In this document: piece after piece, positions 1 to 8,993 of the stretch
Layout: each line of letters begins with the position of its first letter
Numbering within the stretch: position 1 is the first letter of the stretch
Assembly (NCBI GenBank): GCA_902546145.1
Contig: CACCIT010000003.1
Location: forward strand, 4,689 to 68,688
Direction: 5' to 3'
Length of the DNA: 64,000 nt
DNA from: an uncultured Pelagibacteraceae bacterium
Lineage (GTDB): Bacteria; Pseudomonadota; Alphaproteobacteria; Pelagibacterales; Pelagibacteraceae
Translations under genes and position numbers: made by a program
Notes under the pieces: generated by a model
What the model saw: only the letters and a program-made list of their open reading frames with translations
Told to the model about the DNA's origin: nothing
The model's database searches: none

Positions 1-519
1 CTTCATTACAGTTCCTATTGAGTTATTTTGAAATAATTCAATACAAATATCCCCTAATTTAGAGACAATTTTTTTATTTTTTGAATAAGATCGATCACCA
101 ATTACCTTGCTAGCGCCATTAACTTTAAGGTCTAAAACTGGAACAGAATTAATATTCACACCAATTAAATTCAATAAATAAGAAGTCTTATCTACAAATA
201 ACTTATAAACGATTTCAAATTTTTTTTTATCTTTATTAAACAAATCTCCAAAATATTCAGATGTCATATTATCAAAGGAAATTAAATTTCTTAATCTGTT
301 TACCCTTCCTCCTTCCTGATCAATCATAATTGGATATTTTTTATCCTTAAAAATTTTTCTTATGCTAGAGGTTAATTTTTTAACTTGATCAAAAGATTTA
401 ATATTTCTAGTAAATAGGATAATTCCCCAGGGTTTATATTTTTTTAGAAATAAAATTTCATTTTTAGATAATTTTGTTGATTTTAAACCAACTATAAACG
501 ATTTTCTTTTACTTATCAT
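1..519 (-). CDS. nagZ: beta-N-acetylhexosaminidase (GH3), 5' part; runs off the window
   Basis: Manual translation from ATG at 519: MISKRKSFIVGLKS...PWGIILFTRN...IMIDQEGGRVNRL (GH3 NagZ motifs). Located downstream of argS. Confidence 0.9.
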   Translation of the reverse strand, partial: MISKRKSFIVGLKSTKLSKNEILFLKKYKPWGIILFTRNIKSFDQVKKLTSSIRKIFKDKKYPIMIDQEGGRVNRLRNLISFDNMTSEYFGDLFNKDKKKFEIVYKLFVDKTSYLLNLIGVNINSVPVLDLKVNGASKVIGDRSYSKNKKIVSKLGDICIELFQNNSIGTVMK

Positions 520-772
520 TGTCTAATAATTTCCAAAAATTAAATTTTTTCTTTTTCTTTTTGTTTGTTTGCTTAACATACTCAATTACATTTTGAGTAT
601 CATTCTCTAAAACTGGTAAATTTTTTGAATATAATTTTATTTTCTCATCAATATTTTGATGTGATCTATATGATTTTTTTTTGTGTTCATCTGAAAAATA
701 ATATTTTCCTGTAAAAAAAATAAATAAAAGTATTACTAAAACAAATATTAAGTACTTTATTTCTTTAAGCAT
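509..772 (-). CDS. small single-TM membrane protein
   Basis: 87 aa with one N-terminal hydrophobic helix; overlaps the argS stop and the nagZ start. Confidence 0.75.
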   Translation of the reverse strand: MLKEIKYLIFVLVILLFIFFTGKYYFSDEHKKKSYRSHQNIDEKIKLYSKNLPVLENDTQNVIEYVKQTNKKKKKKFNFWKLLDNDK

Positions 773-2505
773 TACATTTGATTTGGTGTATCAACACCAA
801 CAATATCCATACCTGTTTTAATAACATTAGAAATAGCTTTCAAAAAGATCAGTTTATCTGGTGAGACTGTTTTTTGATCATTAATGAACCTTTTTTCTGG
901 AAATTGTTTTCCTAAATTCCAATACGAGTGAAATTCCGATGCAAGATCGTATAAGTAAACAGGTATTCTATGTGGTTCTAATTTTGTGCTTGCAGAATCT
1001 ATACATTTTGGCCACTCAGATAATTTTTTTAAAATTTTAATTTCATCATTAGAATATTGAAAATTGAAATCATTTAATTCAATTTTTGAATTTAAGTCTT
1101 TATCTATATGTCTAAACACAGATGAAATTCTAGCGTAACAATACTGAACATAATATAATGGATTATCCTTAGATTTTTCTTTGACAGCATCGAAATCAAA
1201 ATCTAATTCAACATCACTACTTCTGTTAAGCATAATAAATCTCGTTGCATCTTTTCCAACTTCTTCAATCAAGTCATCAACGGTAATATAATCCCCTTTT
1301 CTTTTTGACATTTTGAAAGGTTTGTTATCTTTTATTAATTTTACTAACTGACTAATTTTACAAATTAATGTATCTTTTTTTCCTGACAGTGCTTCAACAG
1401 ATGAAGTAATCCGTTTTATATAACCTGCATGATCTGCTCCAAGAATATTGATTAAGTAATCAAAATTTCGATCAACTTTATTTTTATGATAAGCAACGTC
1501 ACTTGCAAAATAAGTCCATGTACCATCTGATTTTTGAAGTGCACGATCTTTATCGTCTCCAAAGTCTGTGGATTTAAATAATAATTGCTCCCTTTCAACC
1601 CAATCTTTGTTATCTTCACCAGCGGGGGCTTTGATTTTTCCTTTATAAATAAAGTTATTTTTTTCTAAAAATTCTATTACATTTTCAACTTCATTGTTTA
1701 ATACAATACTTTTTTCACTAACAAAATTATCATGTTTAATACCCAAGCTTTTAAGATTGTTTTTGATAAGCAGAAGTGCCTGCTCTATTGATAAGGCAGT
1801 TAATTTATCGCTAATTTCATCAAAATTATCAAAGTTAAGATTTGAATTATTTGAAATTATATTTTTTGCAAAATCAATTAGATAATCCCCAGGATACAAA
1901 TCAGGATTATCTTCAGGAAATGTTTCTTTAAAATGAACTTCTCTAATTCTAAAATATACGGATTTAGTAAAATTTATAATTTGGTTACCATAATCATTCA
2001 CATAATATTCTTTTGTAACTTTATGTTTATTAAAAATTAAAACATTAGAGATAACATCACCTAGAATAGCGCCTCTACAATGACCTACATGTAAGGGTCC
2101 TGTAGGGTTTGCCGAAACAAACTCCACTAAATAATTATTTTTCTTCTCTTTCTCATTTATTCCAAATTTGTCAGCATTATCTGTAATATCTTTAATAAAA
2201 TTTGACCAAAAAGATGGTTTAAATTTAATATTAATAAATCCTGGTTTGGCTACAGATATTGTTTCAATTTCGCTGTCATTATTTTTAATTTCAGGAGCAA
2301 GTTTTTCTGCAAGCTGTAATGGTGAGGTTTTATTGATTTTTGATAAAACCATTGCAACATTTGTTGAAATATCACAATCAAATTTTGGTGGAGGTATTTC
2401 TGCATTAATACCATTAAAACTCTCTGGAATTTCTAGTTGATTATTTTTATTCAAATCAACAATAACTGATTTAATTTTGTCTAAATATAATTCAAAAATA
2501 TTCAT
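772..2505 (-). CDS. argS: arginyl-tRNA synthetase
   Basis: VEFVSANPTGPLHVGH (HIGH-like), GADH, KMSKRKG, YVQYCYARI. Confidence 0.98.
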   Translation of the reverse strand: MNIFELYLDKIKSVIVDLNKNNQLEIPESFNGINAEIPPPKFDCDISTNVAMVLSKINKTSPLQLAEKLAPEIKNNDSEIETISVAKPGFINIKFKPSFWSNFIKDITDNADKFGINEKEKKNNYLVEFVSANPTGPLHVGHCRGAILGDVISNVLIFNKHKVTKEYYVNDYGNQIINFTKSVYFRIREVHFKETFPEDNPDLYPGDYLIDFAKNIISNNSNLNFDNFDEISDKLTALSIEQALLLIKNNLKSLGIKHDNFVSEKSIVLNNEVENVIEFLEKNNFIYKGKIKAPAGEDNKDWVEREQLLFKSTDFGDDKDRALQKSDGTWTYFASDVAYHKNKVDRNFDYLINILGADHAGYIKRITSSVEALSGKKDTLICKISQLVKLIKDNKPFKMSKRKGDYITVDDLIEEVGKDATRFIMLNRSSDVELDFDFDAVKEKSKDNPLYYVQYCYARISSVFRHIDKDLNSKIELNDFNFQYSNDEIKILKKLSEWPKCIDSASTKLEPHRIPVYLYDLASEFHSYWNLGKQFPEKRFINDQKTVSPDKLIFLKAISNVIKTGMDIVGVDTPNQM

Positions 2506-3620
2506 TTATTATCGTTATAAAGGTTAATAGCATATCTATCAGTCATACCAGATATAAAATCTGAAATAGCTCTATATTTGTCTTTAGTCAATTGATCTTT
2601 GGACAAAAATTTTCTTGGATTTGATTTAATTATTTTAAATAATTTCTTAATTATTAATTTACCTTTATGATTTTTTTTCAATACTGATTTATTGTCATAC
2701 ATTTTGTATCTTAAGAAAGATTTAATTTCTTTTTCTGCATTCTTAATTTGGTTAGAAAAGCAAACAATTAACTCATTAGATTTAGCTACATCTCTTGAGG
2801 ATTTTATCTTAAGCTTTTGAATATTTTTCTGAGTATTCCTCAATAAATCTCTAACCATGAGGTCAATTGAGTCTCTTATAATTTGATAAATTGCAATTTT
2901 ATAATTTTTATTAGTAATTTTATTTTTATATTTTTTATGAATATTTTTAAAAAAATCTATTTCAACCAATTCCTCCATTTTAAAAAGGTTGGCTTTTATT
3001 CCGTCTTGAATATCGTGATTGTTATATGCGATATCATCTGAAATTGCTGAAATTTGAGCTTCAAGAGAGGGAAATGAATTATATTTAATTTTACATTTAA
3101 AAGCTTTTAACCCTATTAACTTATTAACTAAACCAATATCCTCAATAGGTCCGTTATGTTTAAGAAGACCTTCTAACGTTTCTATGGTCAAGTTTAATCC
3201 CTTAAACTTAAAATACTTATTTTCTAAAAACATAACTATTCTTAAAGTTTGAAGGTTGTGATCAAAACCACCATAATTCTCCATGCATTCATGTAAGGCA
3301 TCTTCTCCAGCATGACCGAACGGCGTGTGGCCTAAATCATGTGCTAAACTTAAAGTTTCGGCTAAATCTTCATTTAATTTTAAATATTTGGCTATTGATC
3401 TTGCAATCTGAGCAACCTCTATTGAGTGAGTAATCCTTGTTCTAAAATGATCTCCCTCAGTATTAACAAATACTTGGGTTTTATGTTTTAACCTTCTAAA
3501 TGATGCGCTATGAATAATACGATCTCTATCTCTTTGAAAAGGAGATCGATATTTTGAGTTTGCTTCCTTAATTAGTCTGCCTTTACTTTTGTATACCCCT
3601 AACAAAGCGTCTTTTTTCAT
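2502..3620 (-). CDS. dgt: deoxyguanosinetriphosphate triphosphohydrolase
   Basis: RSPFQRDRDRIIHS, RTRITHSIEV, HDLGHTPFGHAGE, SGMTDRYA. Confidence 0.96.
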   Translation of the reverse strand: MKKDALLGVYKSKGRLIKEANSKYRSPFQRDRDRIIHSASFRRLKHKTQVFVNTEGDHFRTRITHSIEVAQIARSIAKYLKLNEDLAETLSLAHDLGHTPFGHAGEDALHECMENYGGFDHNLQTLRIVMFLENKYFKFKGLNLTIETLEGLLKHNGPIEDIGLVNKLIGLKAFKCKIKYNSFPSLEAQISAISDDIAYNNHDIQDGIKANLFKMEELVEIDFFKNIHKKYKNKITNKNYKIAIYQIIRDSIDLMVRDLLRNTQKNIQKLKIKSSRDVAKSNELIVCFSNQIKNAEKEIKSFLRYKMYDNKSVLKKNHKGKLIIKKLFKIIKSNPRKFLSKDQLTKDKYRAISDFISGMTDRYAINLYNDNK

Positions 3621-3670
3621 CCTTTAATTAAAATAATTAAGTATTATATTAGTAATATCAGTGTTGAGAC

Positions 3671-3988
3671 ATGATTAAAGAAATTAAATTTACAGATAAT
3701 GCGTTAAAACAAATAGAAAGTTTGTTGGCAAAAAAAGACAAAGGTTCATTTTTTAGAATCGCTATTAAGGGTGGTGGTTGTTCAGGATTTCAATACGAAT
3801 TCACTTTTGATAAATCAAAACAAGATGACGATTTAAATTTTCAAAATATTTTAATTGATAAAACTTCTGCAGATTTACTTAAAGGCTCTGAAGTTGATTA
3901 TGTTTCTGAATTAATAGGTGAACAATTTAAAATATCTAATCCGCAAACAAAATCCTCTTGTGGTTGTGGTGTTTCTTTCTCACTTTAA
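3671..3988 (+). CDS. erpA: Fe-S cluster A-type carrier (HesB/IscA/ErpA)
   Basis: GGGCSGFQY and CGCGVSF; sits between dgt and xth as in alphaproteobacteria. Confidence 0.88.
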   Translation: MIKEIKFTDNALKQIESLLAKKDKGSFFRIAIKGGGCSGFQYEFTFDKSKQDDDLNFQNILIDKTSADLLKGSEVDYVSELIGEQFKISNPQTKSSCGCGVSFSL

Positions 3989-4764
3989 TGCTGATTTCTT
4001 CTTGGAATGTAAATTCTGTAAGAGCAAGAATTGAAAATATCAAAAGCTATTTATTAAAATATAAACCAGATATTTTAATGATGCAGGAAATCAAAACCGA
4101 GGATATCAATTTTCCTTATGATGACTTTTCTTCAATGGATTATGAAAGCCACGTATTTGGTCAAAAAAGTTATAATGGTGTAGCAATTATTTCTAAAAAT
4201 AAATTAAAAAATATTAAAACTGATTTAATTAAAGATAAATTAAAACAATCAAGAATAATTTCTGCTGAATTTGAATATAAGAAAAAAACTATTCAATTAA
4301 TTAATATATACACTCCAAATGGAAATCCTGTTGATACTGAAAAATATGACTACAAAAAAAATTGGCTTGATCAATTAATCAAACAACTAAAAACTTTATC
4401 TAAAAAAAATCCAAATTTAATTTTAGCTGGTGATTTTAATATAATTCCATCAGCAGAAGATGTTTATAATGTAAAAAGTTTTGAGGATGACGCTTTATAC
4501 AGGTTGGAAATCAGAAAAAAATTTAGAGAGATGATAAATCTAGGTTTTAACGATGTTTATAGATATTTTAATGAAGAAAAAGAAGGATATACGTTTTGGG
4601 ATTATATGAGAGGTGCCTGGCAAAAAAATAATGGCATGAGAATTGATCATTTTTTAGTTTCAAATTCATTAATTGATCAAATTAAGGATATAAACATCAA
4701 CAAAGATCCTCGTGGGAGAGAAAAACCTTCTGACCACACTCCTATTGAAATTATTTTAGCTTAA
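3988..4764 (+). CDS. xth: exodeoxyribonuclease III
   Basis: SWNVNS, QEIK, YNGVAI, GDFN, RIDH, SDH. Start moved to ATG 3988 (TAATG coupling with erpA). Confidence 0.95.
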   Translation: MLISSWNVNSVRARIENIKSYLLKYKPDILMMQEIKTEDINFPYDDFSSMDYESHVFGQKSYNGVAIISKNKLKNIKTDLIKDKLKQSRIISAEFEYKKKTIQLINIYTPNGNPVDTEKYDYKKNWLDQLIKQLKTLSKKNPNLILAGDFNIIPSAEDVYNVKSFEDDALYRLEIRKKFREMINLGFNDVYRYFNEEKEGYTFWDYMRGAWQKNNGMRIDHFLVSNSLIDQIKDININKDPRGREKPSDHTPIEIILA

Positions 4765-5754
4765 AGATTTAATTTTATTAACTAACTCTTCATTTATATT
4801 TCTTGGACCAGTGTTCAATCTATTTTTATGACGTCTTTCACCTGGTAATCTTACTTCACCCATCGATTTCATCTTCTCAAAAAATTCTTCTGCATGTTTT
4901 TGCCAATCAGTTCCTGAAGTTTTATTTGGACTTATTGCTAATATAAATTCACCACCGCTTGGAGGACCACCATCATTATTATCTTTAGCAGCAGTTTCGT
5001 AACTAAAATTATCACCAACTAAAGCACCTGCTAATAATTCTACCATCATTGCAATTGCAGAACCTTTGTAACCACCAAAAGGTAACAAAACTCCACCATC
5101 AGCAATTTCACCTGGATCAGTTGTTTCTTTGCCTTCTTTAGTTAAACCAGTTCCAAGTGGAACTTTGTGCCCTTCTCTTTTAGCAACCTGAACTTCTCCC
5201 ATAGCCATTGAAGCAGTTGCCATATCGTAAACAATTGGAGTTTTGCCAGGTCTTGGCCAAGCAAATGAAATTGGGTTTGTTCCAAATAATGGTTTTATTG
5301 CTCCTGCTGGTGCAACAGCAGGTTTGTAAGATGTACATGCAAAAGCAACTAAACCTTCTTCTGCTAACTTTTCTGTTTCAGGCCACATAGCAGCCATATG
5401 ATGTGAGTTATTTATTGCTAATACTGCAACACCGTTTTCTTTTGCAGCTTTAGCTAATTCCGGTAAACCTTTATTTAAAACAACTGGTGCTAAACAATTA
5501 TTTCCTTCAACTTTAATTACTGATGGAGTTATTTTTTTTACTTGAGGTTTCCCTTTGCCATTTATCTTTCCACTTTTAAGACCGGTTACGTATGCTGGTA
5601 ATCTAAATAGACCGTGTGATACAGAACCATCTCTTTCAGCATTTCTGATTAAATCTGATAAAATTGAAGCTGTTTCATCATCACAACCATTTGCTAAAAG
5701 CGTTTTTTTGGCTAATTCAAATATTTCATCTAAAGTTAATGGTACAGTGCTCAT
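4756..5754 (-). CDS. Ldh_2-family NAD(P)-dependent oxidoreductase (malate/L-lactate/sulfolactate dehydrogenase-like)
   Basis: SHGLFRLP, FGTNPISFAWP, DMATAS, GGYKGS, RLPGERR. Confidence 0.88.
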   Translation of the reverse strand: MSTVPLTLDEIFELAKKTLLANGCDDETASILSDLIRNAERDGSVSHGLFRLPAYVTGLKSGKINGKGKPQVKKITPSVIKVEGNNCLAPVVLNKGLPELAKAAKENGVAVLAINNSHHMAAMWPETEKLAEEGLVAFACTSYKPAVAPAGAIKPLFGTNPISFAWPRPGKTPIVYDMATASMAMGEVQVAKREGHKVPLGTGLTKEGKETTDPGEIADGGVLLPFGGYKGSAIAMMVELLAGALVGDNFSYETAAKDNNDGGPPSGGEFILAISPNKTSGTDWQKHAEEFFEKMKSMGEVRLPGERRHKNRLNTGPRNINEELVNKIKSLS

Positions 5755-6158
5755 TATTTTGATTTACATTTTTTGCACATACCAAAAAATTCTAAATTAT
5801 ATTTACTATATTTCATACCAGACTCATCTGAAAAATTAGATAAATATTTTGAAAGTTTTGAATTACTTATTTCAGATACATTTTCACAACTTTCACAAAT
5901 TGAAAAAGCTGTAGCTTTGGAGATCTGACAGCTAGAATTTTGGCAGGCAATAAAAACATTTCTGCTTTCGATCTTATGAATTTTTCCAATTTCAACTAAT
6001 TTATCTAAAGCTCTATAAACTTGTAGTGGTGCTTTAATTCCTTTTTTTTGAACGTTAAAAAGAATTGAATAAGCTTTCATGGGTTCACCTGATTTATCAA
6101 TTAAGTCAAAAATAATTTTTTGATTTTTTGAAAGGTTGTGTTCTTTTTGCATCTTCAA
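5754..6158 (-). CDS. zur: Fur-family zinc uptake regulator
   Basis: VYRALDKL, two CxxC pairs; follows znuCB. Confidence 0.9.
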   Translation of the reverse strand: MKMQKEHNLSKNQKIIFDLIDKSGEPMKAYSILFNVQKKGIKAPLQVYRALDKLVEIGKIHKIESRNVFIACQNSSCQISKATAFSICESCENVSEISNSKLSKYLSNFSDESGMKYSKYNLEFFGMCKKCKSK

Positions 6159-6176
6159 ATTCTTATCAATAAGTTT

Positions 6177-6980
6177 TTAGTTTTTCAATTTAATCGATTG
6201 TTTAATATTAAGTAAAGACAATATAAATAATAATAAAGCGGCCATGATTATTGATGGCCCAGATGACGTATTAAATTCTAGCGATGAAAATAGGCCTAAC
6301 AACACCGACAACAATCCTCCAATTATTGAAAAAAACACCATCTTCTGAGGACTATCAGAAATATTTCTTGCCATTGCAGCTGGTATAATTAACATCCCTG
6401 TAATTAGTAATAACCCTACCATCTTAATTGATATAGCTATTACAGCAGCCATAAGTATTGTAAAAATAGCTTTTGCTCTATCAGGATTTAGCCCCTCTGC
6501 TTCTGCTAATTCATAATTTACTGTAGATGCAAACAACGGTTTCCAAATCAGTTTAAGAACTAATAAAATAACTGCTCCACCAGTCCATATAATTAATAAA
6601 TCATCAGTTGTTACTGCTAATATATCGCCAAATAAAAGTCCCATAATATCAAAACGGATAAAGGTTAAAAAACCAATTACTACTAGTCCTACTGCTAACG
6701 ATGAGTGAGCTAATAGACCAAGTAAAGCATCACCAGGTAAATTAGTTTTCTTTTGTAACTGAATTAAAATCAATGCAATTAAAGATGATATAATAAATAC
6801 TGAAAGTGCAATGTTTAATTCAAATGAATAAGCTAAAGTTACACCTAATAGAGCTGAGTGAGCTAATGTATCACCAAAATATGACAATCTTCTCCAAACA
6901 ACAAAACAACCAAGAGGTCCGGTTACTAAAGCTATACCTAGACCTGCAATTAAAGCTCTTATAAAAAAATCATCAAACAT
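6177..6980 (-). CDS. znuB: Zn ABC transporter permease
   Basis: GCFVVWRRLSYFGDTLAHSALLG, LFGDILAV. Confidence 0.95.
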   Translation of the reverse strand: MFDDFFIRALIAGLGIALVTGPLGCFVVWRRLSYFGDTLAHSALLGVTLAYSFELNIALSVFIISSLIALILIQLQKKTNLPGDALLGLLAHSSLAVGLVVIGFLTFIRFDIMGLLFGDILAVTTDDLLIIWTGGAVILLVLKLIWKPLFASTVNYELAEAEGLNPDRAKAIFTILMAAVIAISIKMVGLLLITGMLIIPAAMARNISDSPQKMVFFSIIGGLLSVLLGLFSSLEFNTSSGPSIIMAALLLFILSLLNIKQSIKLKN

Positions 6981-6981
6981 A

Positions 6982-7728
6982 TTAGTTTTTCTTTATTTCA
7001 CCTTTATCTGAATGAACATGATCATGTTTATGTTCATATACAGAAAGAATTTGTGACGCTTGTTCACCAAATAAGGTTTTATATTCATTGTTTTTAGCAA
7101 CATCCATTGGTGTACCAGAACAACAAACGTGACCATTTAAACAAACTACATGATCAGTTGCAGTCATGACTGTGTGTAGATCGTGAGAAATTAATAAAAT
7201 TCCACAATTTAGTGAATCAGAAATTCTTTTTATTAATTCATACAAAGCAATCTCACCAGTGTAATCAACTCCTTGGACTGGTTCATCAAGAACCAGTAGT
7301 TCTGGTTTTTTTGAAATAGCTCTTGCGATTAAAACTCTTTGAAATTCACCGCCTGATAAATTTCCTAAATTTTTATTCTTTAAATGTATAACTCCAGTTA
7401 ATGTAAGAGCTTCATCAATTGCTTCTTCTTTTATATTTTCTGTTAAAAGCATAAAATCATAAACTCTTAACGGTAAGGTCCAATCGATAGATATTTTTTG
7501 AGGAACATATCCGACTTTATTTGTATATTTCTCAACACTTCCTTCTATATTTTTGTAAATTCCTAATGCAATTTTTGCGGTAGTACTTTTTCCCGAGCCA
7601 TTGGGCCCAATGAGGGTAACTATTTTCCCTTTTTCAACAGTTAATGAAACACCTTCCACTAGCCATTTATCATTTTGTTTAAAACCAGCGTTATTTAATT
7701 TTACTAATGTACTATTTTCTGAGCTCAT
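6982..7728 (-). CDS. znuC: Zn ABC transporter ATPase
   Basis: GPNGSGKST, LSGGEFQR, CLNGHVCCSG, His-rich tail. Confidence 0.95.
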   Translation of the reverse strand: MSSENSTLVKLNNAGFKQNDKWLVEGVSLTVEKGKIVTLIGPNGSGKSTTAKIALGIYKNIEGSVEKYTNKVGYVPQKISIDWTLPLRVYDFMLLTENIKEEAIDEALTLTGVIHLKNKNLGNLSGGEFQRVLIARAISKKPELLVLDEPVQGVDYTGEIALYELIKRISDSLNCGILLISHDLHTVMTATDHVVCLNGHVCCSGTPMDVAKNNEYKTLFGEQASQILSVYEHKHDHVHSDKGEIKKN

Positions 7729-7748
7729 ATATTGCTTGACTTGTAAAT

Positions 7749-7779
7749 GTTATATTATTACATAACGTTATATTATAAC
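7749..7779. promoter_or_regulatory. tandem Zur boxes in the divergent znuC/znuA promoter
   Basis: GTTATATTATTAC (7749-7761) and GTTATATTATAAC (7767-7779); near-palindromes matching GTTAT-N3-ATAAC. Confidence 0.8.
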
Positions 7780-7799
7780 AACCAATTAAATTACTTATT

Positions 7800-8861
7800 A
7801 TGAAAAATATTAAAAAAATACCACTAATATTCTCAATATTATCAATTCTAACATTCTTTACACCAGCAAATGCCGAAATAAAAGTAGTTGCTTCTATTAA
7901 ACCAATTCATTCATTAGCCAGTTACTTAATGGAAGGTATTGCTAAACCTGATTTAATAGTTGATGGATATGCATCACCACACGGATTTGCAATGAAACCT
8001 TCACATGCAAAAATGCTTCAAAATGCTGACCTAATTTTCTGGGTCGGTGAAGATTTAGAGAGTTTTTTAGAAAAACCATTGAGTTCAATTGCGAAGAAAG
8101 CAGAAAAAATTGAATTAATGGAAACTAAAGGTTTGCAAGTATTAAAATTTAGAGAAAGAAATATTTTTGACGAACATGATCATGACGATCACGGACATGA
8201 TGATCATGGTAAAAAAGAGGATGATCATGATGACCATGGACATGATGATGACCACGGTAAAAAAGAGGATGATCATGACCACGATCACGACGATCATGGT
8301 AAAAAGGAAGAAGATCATGACGACCACGGACATGATGATCATGATGGACATGCACATGGTGAATTTGATCCACACATTTGGTTGGACCCAATTAATGCAA
8401 AAGCTATGTTAAATGAAATGGCAGAACACTTAATTGAAAATGATCCAAAAAATGAAGCTAAATACAAAAGTAACTTAGCTAAAGCTTTACAAGAAATCGA
8501 TAAACTTACAATTGACGTAATGACAGACTTAAGTAACAGTGTTTCTTCAATTGTATTTCATGATGCTTATCAATATTTTGAGGAAAGATTTAACGTTAAA
8601 GTATTAGGTGCATTTACTGTTAATACTGATGTAATGCCTGGTGCAGAACAACTTGCTGAAATAAGAGAAATTATTGAGCATGATAAAGTAGCTTGTGTGT
8701 TCTCAGAGCCTCAGTTTAATCCTGATATTATCAATGCTGTAGCAAAAGATATGAAGATTAAAACTGGTGTTCTGGATCCTCTAGGTGCAACATTAGATCC
8801 AGGTAAAGATCTATATTTCAATTTAATAAGAAATATGTCTGCATCTTTCAAAGGTTGTTAA
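7800..8861 (+). CDS. znuA: Zn ABC transporter substrate-binding protein
   Basis: Signal peptide, VVASIKP, SPH, His/Asp-rich loop, DPHIWLDP, VFHDAY, LDPLG. Confidence 0.96.
   Translation: MKNIKKIPLIFSILSILTFFTPANAEIKVVASIKPIHSLASYLMEGIAKPDLIVDGYASPHGFAMKPSHAKMLQNADLIFWVGEDLESFLEKPLSSIAKKAEKIELMETKGLQVLKFRERNIFDEHDHDDHGHDDHGKKEDDHDDHGHDDDHGKKEDDHDHDHDDHGKKEEDHDDHGHDDHDGHAHGEFDPHIWLDPINAKAMLNEMAEHLIENDPKNEAKYKSNLAKALQEIDKLTIDVMTDLSNSVSSIVFHDAYQYFEERFNVKVLGAFTVNTDVMPGAEQLAEIREIIEHDKVACVFSEPQFNPDIINAVAKDMKIKTGVLDPLGATLDPGKDLYFNLIRNMSASFKGC
8170..8360 (+). repeat. imperfect coding tandem repeat (HGKKE(E)DDHD... x3) in the ZnuA His-rich loop
   Basis: Three copies of ca(t/c)ggtaaaaa(a/g)ga..ga.gatcatga. 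Confidence 0.85.
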
Positions 8862-8874
8862 TTAAAAATTAGGT

Positions 8875-8908
8875 TTAATCCGGGAATTTTTTTAAATTCT
8901 CGGATTAA
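8875..8908 (+). terminator. hairpin terminator after znuA; marks the left edge of the P island
   Basis: ttaatccgggaattt-tttt-aaattctcggattaa inverted repeat (one G-U pair). Confidence 0.7.
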
Positions 8909-8993
8909 CATATAACATTCACTGATATTTTTATAATACAATAAGCATTGTAATTTTTTCTAAGAGGATTTATTTTCTTTATAATTTGATTTT

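Noticed and set aside
8142-8412. Three short ORFs (8142-8375, 8149-8391, 8167-8412) with Met/Ile/His-rich translations
   Set aside because: They are alternate-frame shadows of the znuA His/Asp repeat.
8948-8965. Possible Pho box upstream of the dioxygenase (TTGTAAT-TTTT-TCTAAGA)
   Set aside because: The second half-site is poor and the spacing to TATAAT at 8980 does not fit.
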